Shown piece by piece: positions 42,053 through 52,353 of a stretch of DNA of 64,000 nt. Position numbers and translations under genes: made by a program. The notes under the pieces are model-generated. The model saw only the letters and a list, made by a program, of their open reading frames with translations. It had not been told where the DNA came from and did no database searches. The stretch lies in the NCBI RefSeq assembly GCF_009914755.1, contig NC_060926.1. The stretch is one strand, 5' to 3'. Position 1 is the stretch's first letter. Each line of letters starts with the position of its first letter. This DNA is from the human T2T-CHM13v2.0 reference genome, Homo sapiens.

Positions 42053-44879
42053 ATTAGAAAACCAGTTTTCTCTATTGGACAATTATAAGAAGTTGTCCCA
42101 CTACTCTGACATATCTCGACATATAGTCTCAACTTTTCAGAGCATGAAATACACATTTCACTTATCTGAAAGGATTCAGTTGTCTATTGGAGTATGATAT
42201 TTTGTGACCATAAAATACAATATAATATTTTAAAATTTGACTATCAAATATAACATAGTATTTCCCTAAAGGGAAAAATAATTTTGATTACTGCAGTTGT
42301 AGTACGTAGGGACTATGGTGGGACTGTTTCAAAAAATTTAAATAAAAACTGGACATAACATAGAGAGGTGCTTAGTGAAAACCCCTTAGTCTTCTCCTGG
42401 TTCATTCTAGTATTGCACATCTTATAGTCATACATCACAAATCCTGCAGATGACTGAAATATTACGTGATGTGGAGAGAAGCTAAACTGAAACTTTTTAT
42501 ATGCAACTTCAATTTGATATAGACCCCAGAAAAAGAAACATGTTCTGTATAAATTATCATTGTGAATTTTTTGGCTGCTTATTCCTAACTGTACAGAGTT
42601 AAGCCAGCCTTCGATATTCCAAATATAAACATGTTAGCAATCACATTTTTAGAGCGAGTATAATTTATAAGCTGGGATATTTCCAAGGATATATTTTGTA
42701 ATTTCATCTTTGATGGGTGCATTCCATGATGAAATGCTGTATCATTTACAGAACAGCTAAATACTAAAGCTATAAACTTGATACGTCTCTTAGATATAAG
42801 CCTCTCTATCCATAGAGAAAATTTCGATGCTTATGATCCTCTCCTGGAATAATCATCATGAAATTACCATTATGTTTTGACATTTAACACTCCCTGAGTA
42901 ACATGCATTTCTTTTCTTTTCTTACACCATTTTTCTCACAATCACAGATTCCTGAATAAAAATGAGACAAGTGGACTGCCTCAATTTCATTTTCTCTGCC
43001 CTATTATTTTCAAAACATTTTATTACCTGCTTCCTTTTAGTATTCTAGAAGCAATAAACTCATTACAACATCAAATGTAAAACAAGAAAGCATGCTATGT
43101 ACCTCACTTTTCATGTTCAAACCATTGTACATCAACTAACTTCTTTTCTCTACCTTAATGGGAGGTAGTTGGTAAGTATTAACCTCCTCTTAATGGCCAA
43201 GGGAACTGAGGTAACATTTAGATGTCAATGAAAAATCCATTCCAATGAAAGCTTTGCTTAGTATTAGGAGAAGCTTGTTTCTACTTTTGTGCATATGGTT
43301 ATTGAATACTCTTTCCAATTTAACAGACATGTTAACATGTATAATTAATAAGGAGATGTCATTTCAAACATGCCAGCAACATTGTCTGGATTGCTTATCA
43401 GAATTTATTGCATTGTTCCTTTGGGGTAATTTTCTGTCTTCATGGAAAGGTCGCATCTGTTTCAAGGTTATATATGTATAAGGATAATGCACATGGATAT
43501 TTTTGAAGTTGACATTCAGGAGAACAAGAAAGTTTAAAAAGCACCTGTTTTGGTACTCTTTATGAATTTCGTTATTGTGAACCCCAAATGGTGTAATTAC
43601 ATCCTTATTTCATAAAAACCGTGATAAACCCTATTTGGGAATCACATTGATTTTTTAGTGGAAGTGTAAGACTTTTAAAAAATGACAAATGTGACTGTGT
43701 CAACTTTGTGATGATTAACCAATTATTAACACAAAAGGGGAAACATCTGATTGCCTGTCTCACCACCAGTTTCTCTCCTTACTACTGCAGCTGGGTATTT
43801 AAGTAGCTCTTTATTTAAAAAATGGAAATGAACAGATATAGTCTTTCTTTTCCCTGGGCAGTTGCTGACTCTGGATTCCTCTGTGGAATATTATACTCTT
43901 AAGAACTATCTGTAGATGACTCTCCTTTTGCAAAGGCAAAGCAGAAATTAATTAACCATTAACCAAATAATCACATTGGCATCATCCACAGAATTGTAAT
44001 ATTCTCTGGGGCACAGGATACTTCTTTTTTCATCCCCACGCCCATTATAAATACCTTTTATACATGCATGCAGAATGAAAAAGGACCATGGGCCCATGTC
44101 AGTATTTTCAGCTTCACCCAACACTAAAATAGCAACTATTTCCAGTCATTTTTTGCATACAAAAGACACACATACACAGTAAATTTGGGGGGAGCAGGTT
44201 GTTGCTTTTATAAACTGCATGGTATGTTTGAGTGCAGTTACTCGATTTTAAAGCTCCTGAGTTGTAATGATAGCTTAACTATAGCTATACTTTGCCAGCC
44301 TTTTAAATCTAAAACCATTTTTAAAAAAACATTTGTTTACCCATGTGACTATTCATTTACTCAGTAGTCACAGAGACTTCAGGCTGCAAACATGTGTTGA
44401 ATGTGCCCCTTCACCCAAATAAATTCTGTGTCTGATGTGTTCGATATTTGTCCATCTTATTTTCATTTAAATTGAAATTTTAAAAAGATGTTCCCATCCA
44501 TGTGATAGAGTTGTTTGTGTTTGTTTGTCACCACCGTTTCCCTTCCCCTTGGAAAAAAAATTGAGATTAGAATATGACATCTTATACCTTTTGGTGGCTT
44601 CCAAACCAGGGGTGTGATCAAACCAATGTTTTCTGAATGATAGATACAGCATCAGTGATTGAAAACAGAATCTCAATTTTGGCAGCTTGGGGCTACAAGG
44701 CCTTGTCCTCCCTCCCAAACATTTGAAAACACCCATCCCAGGGACTCTCCCAACCATCCTTCAAAGATAATGGTATCTTTGAAGTGACTGTATCATACAA
44801 GTGATTTTGGCTAACACCCACCAGAGGACAGTCTCCTGTACTCTCTCCGGGGTACACTAACACTGTTGATGCTTGGCAG

Positions 44880-44961
44880 GGTGGCAAGTATACAGAGTGA
44901 ACCTGGTCAACAGAACCTCCTTGTTCAGCAGCCGCTGGGGAGGAAGAGGGGCCTGAGGCAG
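44880..44961 (+). CDS. UNC80: UNC80 coding exon (82 nt): [27 protein letters not shown]
   Basis: Branch-point-like CACTAAC near 44855-44861, acceptor ttggcag, donor CAG|gtaagt. Confidence 0.92.
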
Positions 44962-45050
44962 GTAAGTAGACCCTTAAAGCGCAAGAGAACCATCCTACGA
45001 ATTGGAAGCTCTGTGTGATTTTTAATGCCCATGTATATTAAGATATTTTG

Positions 45051-45185
45051 CTGCTGGACGTGCCCGGAATCCCAGCTACTGGGGAGGCTGATGTGGGAGG
45101 ATTGCTTGAGCCCAGGAGTTAGAGTCCAGCCTGGGCAACATAGTAAGACTCTGTCTCTAAAAAACTAACTAAATAAATAAAACAA
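45051..45185 (+). mobile_element. Alu monomer (FLAM/FRAM-like)
   Basis: Single monomer with A-rich tail; atattttgc on both flanks. Confidence 0.8.
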
Positions 45186-46028
45186 TGTTTTTTTTTTAAA
45201 GTTTATATTTTGCATTCACCCTACCTAAAATAAGCAGCACAGAGCAACTTTAAAACGTGGTAAGTACTTAGGCAAGCCAAATGTTTCGATCTTCTATTTT
45301 AGCTCTGAATTTTCTTATTAGCAAAGCTGATTATGTGGTAAAGTAAGTGGGGCTATAATTCTATTTGTTCCTTACCCAGAAACTTTCTTTACCAGCCAAA
45401 CTTATTGATAGAGGAAGATTTGTTATACAGTTGATTTAAGGCCTGTTTCTGCATAAAGGCAAAGAAAAAGAAGTCCTTTCTTTCTCATTTCAAGATTATT
45501 TAATTTAAAGCAAACTGAAGTAAAGATCATCTTTAGAGATTTCCTTAGGTGGAGTTCTTTTACATTACTTTCTAAATAAAAGTCTGAAAGCAGCTTATCA
45601 CTGTTGCTTCCTTAGGAGCTTCCCATTATTGATTCAGGTACCAGGCACTTGGCCAGCATCTGAGGTTTTGAAAATAAACTTCCCCTTTGAAAGCATATGT
45701 CCAGCTATAAGTTTTAAATGAGCAAAGGTTGATCAGTAAGCAATAGTTATTCACTTTGCATCCTAAAATTACTGAAATTCTCAAGTTTATGATCTAAATT
45801 ATGTTAGTCAATGTTCTTGGCATATATAAAGGACTAATAATTGGGAGATGAACTAGCTAAAGGGAATGTCAGAAGAAAATACTTATAGTTAAATATGCAG
45901 AAATAAATTTATCAGCTATAAATGTAAGGAACAACCATAAGAATCCACAGAAACATATAAATAAAGAAACAATTTCCTCCTAGGCAGTTAGACCCTCTTG
46001 CAAGTTTTATTCTGCCTATTCTCTTTAG

Positions 46029-46140
46029 CTAAGACGTCCTCTACTATCACGTCAGAAAACTCAGACTGAACCCAGAAATCGCCAAGGGGCTCGGCTGTCA
46101 ACCACTCGCAGGAGCATTCAACCTAAAACGAAGCCGTCTG
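46029..46140 (+). CDS. UNC80: UNC80 coding exon (112 nt): LRRPLLSRQKTQTEPRNRQGARLSTTRRSIQPKTKPS(A)
   Basis: Acceptor tattctctttag, donor CTG|gtgagg; phase 0-1. Confidence 0.92.
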
Positions 46141-46778
46141 GTGAGGCCTCCTGTGTCCCTTCTGACTATACCATTGACATGATGCCATGCAACTCACCCA
46201 GGAAGGCTTACAAAAACCAAGCTGATGGAGATAAGCACACCTTTGGGGAGGTGCTAACATAAGGGAAGGAGTTTCCCAGAAAACTGTAGTGTCTTTTTTT
46301 TCTTCTTGCCTTCCCCAGTCCCTGTCTGTACCCCCATGAACCTATAAAAAATGGAAGAGCCCAAGGTAAACCACTAATACTGGGAAATTTGACTATAAAA
46401 GGATGTGGCTTCTTTACTGAAGCCAAGGACTGGGTTTGCTGTATGTCTCACTGAAGGTAAAGCTATGATGAATAATAGGGACTTTTAAGTCCTGTTGGCA
46501 GTTGTTATGAGGAATGATCAACTTCAATTAATATTCTATACAAATGTTATTTTAGGCCATTTACGTGAAAATGATTTTTCTACGTAAGTCTTACTCTTTG
46601 TAAGAAGATAAAATCAAACATGCGCAAAATGTTCAAACGTGCTCTCATTTATTAATAAACCAGCAATGTTTTTATTTTAAAAAATCCCCAGGAGACACTG
46701 GTTAATACCAACTATTAAGCATTGACGGTCCGTTTCCACCAACTCCTCCCCAATTTACTGTTTCACCTCTACCTGCAG

Positions 46779-46978
46779 CGGATCAGAAACGATCTGTGAC
46801 CTTCATTGAGGCTCAGCCAGAGCCAGCAGCTGCCCCAACAGATGCGCTTCCTGCAACAGGCCAACTACAGGGCTGTAGCCCAGCCCCTTCTAGGAAACCA
46901 GAAGCAATGGACGAACCAGTCCTCACATCTTCTCCCGCCATAGTTGTTGCGGATCTCCACAGCGTGTCTCCCAAGCAG
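46779..46978 (+). CDS. UNC80: UNC80 penultimate coding exon (200 nt): DQKRSVTFIEAQPEPAAAPTDALPATGQLQGCSPAPSRKPEAMDEPVLTSSPAIVVADLHSVSPKQ
   Basis: Acceptor cctctacctgcag, donor CAG|gtgagg; ORF 46796..47065. Confidence 0.94.
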
Positions 46979-47261
46979 GTGAGGGCACTAGAGAAACAGG
47001 CAAGGCTTGCTCCCTGTGTACTTACTTCTAGCAGCCACTTGGATATGCACATTTATTCCATATAATTAAGTCCAGGTCTGCAATGCTTTGTTATCCAAAC
47101 AGATACTGCTCCTGCCATCATGAAAGAGAAAAATCTATATAAAGTATAGCCAGGCATATATCTGCTTAAGAAGGACCAAGAAAAGCCTTGCTATTTTTAC
47201 CTATGAAAAACCTAAGAGGAAATACTTTGCAGCTAAAACAGCTCTTTAAAACAGGTTTATA

Positions 47262-47492
47262 CAGGTTGAGCATCCCTAATACAAAAATCTGAAACTTTTT
47301 TTCAGAAAAATTTGAAACTTTGTAAGTGCTGATGTAATATTCAAAGTTCATGCTCAAAGAAAATGCTTATTGGAGCATTTTGGATTTCAGATTTTTGGAT
47401 TAAGGATGCTCAACCAGGTAAGTATATAATGCAAATATTCCAAAATCAGAATCCAAAGCACTTGTGTTTCCAAGCATTCAGATAAAGGATAG
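47262..47492. mobile_element. Tigger4/MER46-type TcMar MITE
   Basis: ta|caggttgagcatccctaat...attaaggatgctcaacc inverted ends. Confidence 0.8.
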
Positions 47493-48042
47493 CTGAAAGA
47501 TAGTTCAATTTAAAAAAATTAAGTTACCAGTTTAGATAAAGCCTCTAAATATAGAACCTCTATGTCCTATAAGATGAAAGGAACTTTTTGTTTTCATCTT
47601 TTTCCTCATTGTTTTGCTATTTTTCCTGTTGATATTTTTCTTGTTTTGGTATATTTTTTCTTTTCATTTTTATAAATGAATTCTTAGAGTGTCAGATTCT
47701 TCTCATGTGGTATTTAAGGAAAACTAAAGGGCAATGTTACTGTATACATTTGTATAGTCTTTAATGGTTAAAAAACATTTTAACACTAAGCATTATTATC
47801 TCATTTGATCCTCACAGTCTACAAGATAAGCAAGACAAAAAATTGTGTTCATGTTACATGTTCAAAAACTGAGGGTTAGAAAGTTGGAAAGGCCTACGTA
47901 AGGTCCTACCTATAACAAAGGCTGGAACTGGGACTAGCCATCTGATTCCTTTTCCAATTACCACTAGACAACAACATTTTTTGATGTTCTTCTCTGGTAC
48001 CCATCCTATCTTTCCATAATGTTATGATCCTTTTGATCACAG

Positions 48043-48309
48043 AGTGAGAACTTCCCCACTGAAGAAGGAGAAAAGGAGGAGGACACAGAAGCACAAGGTG
48101 CTACTGCACACAGTCCACTCTCTGCCCAACTCTCTGACCCTGATGACTTCACAGGCCTCGAGACATCCAGCCTCCTACAGCATGGAGACACTGTCCTTCA
48201 TATCAGTGAGGAAAATGGCATGGAGAACCCGCTACTATCTAGTCAGTTCACCTTTACTCCCACTGAGCTGGGGAAAACGGATGCAGTATTAGATGAGTCT
48301 CATGTTTAA
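48043..48309 (+). CDS. UNC80: UNC80 last coding exon: SENFPTEEGEKEEDTEAQ...TPTELGKTDAVLDESHV*
   Basis: Acceptor ttttgatcacag; 88 codons plus TAA at 48307-48309; recognised UNC80 C-terminus. Confidence 0.94.
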   Translation, partial: SENFPTEEGEKEEDTEAQGATAHSPLSAQLSDPDDFTGLETSSLLQHGDTVLHISEENGMENPLLSSQFTFTPTELGKTDAVLDESHV

Positions 48310-51300
48310 TTCTGTATCTTGTAAGCTCTGCAGGTATAGAGAAGACATGAAAGTGATCTCTCTACTACAAGTTCAATACTTTTGCTTGAAAAAGATTAAT
48401 TACAAAATAGCACTTTACTTCTAATGGGTGGCACAAATCTGAATAGGTTTTGCTGCCAATACACATGATGTTTCATAAACATCTTAAAAGTCAATGGCTA
48501 AAAGGATTTAGTTGTGTGAAAATCACAAAACCAGGGAGGAATAAGGGGAAAGAGCCATTTCACTGCACATTGTTTATGATTCAAGAAGCCTTCAGCAGTT
48601 AAAAATATATACTATTCATTGCTGCTTTCATAGAAATATTAACAAATGATATGATCTAAAAATAGAATGCAATTTTTTGAGATTACTCACATTATACATC
48701 TCATGCAAATATTTATTTTTATAGTTTAAAAAATATCAATTCAGGTTGGCTATACAAGTAGCAATTTACATAAAAAAATAATTAATAGGAAAAATATTAC
48801 TTTGGGGAGACTAAATAACAAGCCTGCAGCCATTTTTGTTTTGAGTAACAATACAGCCATTTAGAAGAAGAAAAAAATACTATATAGAGAGCTGTGGACT
48901 TTTAGATATTTATTTTTCAACTATCATTTTCATTGCATGTTGTAAATCAAAATGCAGATGGCATAAGATCATCCCATTTCATAATCTATCACATTAGAAT
49001 ATTACAGAATATTCTAGAAATCATCAGAAATAATTCTGAATTAAGAACCTAAACAGCCTATACAATTATAAAAACTAAATGTATATATAATCACTTAAAA
49101 GAGATGGTATTCCTATTCCTAGCCCTGACTACATCAATACCAAGATTAGAAGCTATTGGAAAATGTGATTAGTAATACTTTTCCTTATAGTATCCTGTGC
49201 CTGCCCTGGAGGGCATATTTTCAGATATTAAGGTTAGTGTTGTTAGAATCGGTTTAATAAAATAACATTTTCCTAATAGAAACAATATTCTTATGATACT
49301 TGGAACATCTAAGTTTATAAGGAAAAATGTATAAAGTAAGCAATTTCTTCGTAGACACCTCCAGTTTATATATTTTGCAAATAGGCCTTTAACTTGAAGT
49401 TCAATTACTTCAAGAAAAGTGTAACACTTAGAAGGCTTGTGAGGCCAACACCTAGTGTGTTACTGATCCTATGGTAGGGCTGTGCATCACGTGGTTCACA
49501 ATTGAATTTCAAAATTTTAACAGTTTACATTAGAAAACTGTTACCTAACAACCAAGCATATACAAACTCATATACATACTTAAATTGGTACGGTGGTGTA
49601 TGTGTGCGTGCGTGTGTGTGTGTATGTGTTGTAGTCCTCAAGATGAAGTTAAATATAGACTTTAATTACCCTGCAATGAATTTAAAACACATTCTGTATG
49701 CTTAAACTTTGAGTGCGTTGGCTGTGAAATGTATACATATATAAAGAGGATACCTACTAAACCCACCTTAATCATAAAGGAAAATTATTTTTTGTTAGAA
49801 TTGCTTATTAAATAGGCATACTTTATACTGTGGTTTATAATTTCAAATATAACTTGGGGTTATGGTCCTATTCACTAAGAGAATGAAAGATATCCATGAG
49901 TTAAAAGAACAAAACTAAAAATTTCAGATCTAACAATTGAAAGAAAATTGAGGCAGTAAATGACCTCTTTTACTCTTTTATGTTTTACAATATTATCATG
50001 TTATTTACAGTTAATGCTGAAATAATTCTCAAGTGCAGGAATATAAATGTTAAGTGGTTTTATGATTCCAAGCTGATATATTTCACCTGTTAAAAATTAT
50101 GCTGCTAAATTAGCATTAGAGGCCTTATGTTTGGTAATTACAAGTGTCTGGGCTATTGGCGCGTCTCTATATATGTGTGTGCTTTGTTCCAGTTTCTTCA
50201 AATTATCTATGTATAATTGTATGAAATATTTAAATAGCAAAGAAGTCAAAGAAGATTGTTAAATATTCAACAAGAATCATAAATACCTTTATATGTATTT
50301 TAAAAGTATTGGGCTGTTCTGAACATGATTATGCTGGTCTGTCTGCCTTTTAGCCTGACTCCTTCACTCTTGTGTGTGAAGTCTATTAGCAACTTTCAAT
50401 AAGCTAAGCAATGTTGTAACTTGCAAAAAAGCCTCCACTCTGAGAAACAGGGCCTTATAGAGTAGGAATGTTTTCATACTGGGACTACTGAAATTTTGCA
50501 GATGTGTGCATCTGTTCCATTTAAGGTGCCCTTAAATGTGTTGAATGTAATGTGTTGAATGTTTATGTGTAATGGCTAAAGTATCTATATGTATGTGCAT
50601 AAAACTGTCACAAGATGTATTCTCAGGAATACTGTTACCTGGAGTTTGAAAGGAATAACTATTAAAAAAAAAAGTTGGGGAAGATTAGAAAAAAGCTCAA
50701 GATAAATGTTCAAAATATTATTAAGTACATGACTAAAAGCTAATTACTACATATGATAAATGCAGTGTTGGTAATAGTAGATCATTTCTTAAGCCATGAT
50801 ACTTAATGATATTTATCTTATTCAGAGGAAAAACAAAAAAGGTACCCACTTCCCATGTAGAAAAAATTAGACTCAGCAAAGAGGTTGCTTCTTCTGAAAT
50901 TAGCTTTTGAGAGACCTTGGAATAAACCATGTGTTATCCATGATAGTATGACTCAGATCCAATTAAAACAGTTTAAATTCTGGATATAGGATCTCCTATA
51001 GCAAAACATTTTACTTTCATTTTTCAGTATTTGCTGCTTTCTAGAATTCTATTAGATAAGCTATGTCATTTTTCTGAAAAAGAAACTGAGTTATTGAGTG
51101 TATTAAGACAAGGCACTGAGAACTACAGTGTCAAAATCAAAGGGCATAAATGGGCATGGCAGTGCTGGTGGAAAAATCTGTGGTACTGGTGATCTGGTTA
51201 GGGCCTGTTGCACAGGCTGGGAGTAACTGGTTTGCTGTTTCAAGCCTCCAAGAGTACCTTAAACAAGGTGATAGCTCCTCTCTTCTTTAGCATTATATTC

Positions 51301-52020
51301 CTTTAGTCAACAAAGAACTTTCTCCACTCTGCTGCCCAGCTCTGAGAGTATCTGAGATGAGAATAGGATGTGTGTGGAGGGGCTTTTAGGGAAGAAAGGG
51401 TCATAAATGAATAGAAGTACAGTCTGAAACATGAATTAAATATCCTTCCTCAAGTTATAAAGGATACTTTAATAGAACACAGTCTCCAGAATTCGCTGCT
51501 ATCACACCAAGTCATGCTGTTGCCCTGTGACCTCACACTTCCCATTCCATGGCCTTGTCTTGGCAGGGAGTAAAAAATCCCACTTCTTTTTACTTTAGTG
51601 GGTCTCAACTGCAGCATTTCAGAAACAAATTTTGATTTGACACTCAGGAGAATAAAAACAAGTTGAGGGCAGAATGTATTTGGAAAAGCTTAAGACAAAT
51701 TTACTGATATTATTTTATGATCATTTAGGATTACAGATCAATTTACCTCCATAAATCTTTGAATTGTCACTGTGACCACAGGATGAAAATCCTTTATTAG
51801 CCATTTTATAGGTTAAAACAAAAAATTGACTACACAGCCGACTTCCCTCAGATAACTATGAAGTCTATTATGAGTACTGAATGACCAAAGAACATGGAAA
51901 AAATGCATATGAATAAATACTGAAATGTTTATGAAAGATATTTATGAAAGATATTAAGACTTCTGTGTTTAGGTATGCACATATGATAAAATAAATCTAA
52001 AAACATTAAAGATGCCTAAG
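48310..52020 (+). other. UNC80: UNC80 3'UTR (~3.7 kb, AU-rich, no recognisable interspersed repeats)
   Basis: Follows the stop codon and ends near clustered poly(A) signals; the 3' end is inferred. Confidence 0.75.
51912..52010 (+). terminator. Probable distal poly(A) signal cluster of UNC80
   Basis: AATAAA 51912-51917, AATAAA 51990-51995, ATTAAA 52005-52010, then T-rich sequence; further AATAAA at 49256, 50921 and 51651. Confidence 0.65.
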
Positions 52021-52353
52021 TTTCATTTCTTAATGTAGGTAATAGCTTGACTCCTTCAGGAAGATGTTCATTTTGGATTCCTGGGGTGTGCCTTTGTTAA
52101 TGCCTTGCTGTCCATCCTCAACCTCCCCAGTCTGGCCTGAGGTCACCATCCAATTAGACACCTCCAATACACTCTCCGTGACCCCTCCCCACAAACTGAG
52201 CTCTACTCTACTCATGCTTTGCAAATCTACCTTTAAAAAATAAAAATAAACTTCTCTGCCCAGGCTTTCATCTACTGGAATAACTGGTAGATTTCCCAGT
52301 GGGATTGTTAAAGATCTGGTTGCCCTCACAATGTGGCCAGAAATACGTGGTCC

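Noticed and set aside
48044-48292. 82-aa alternative-frame ORF in the last exon
   Set aside because: Off-frame overlap of the UNC80 terminal exon with a GTG start; relevant only as the tail produced by late frameshifts
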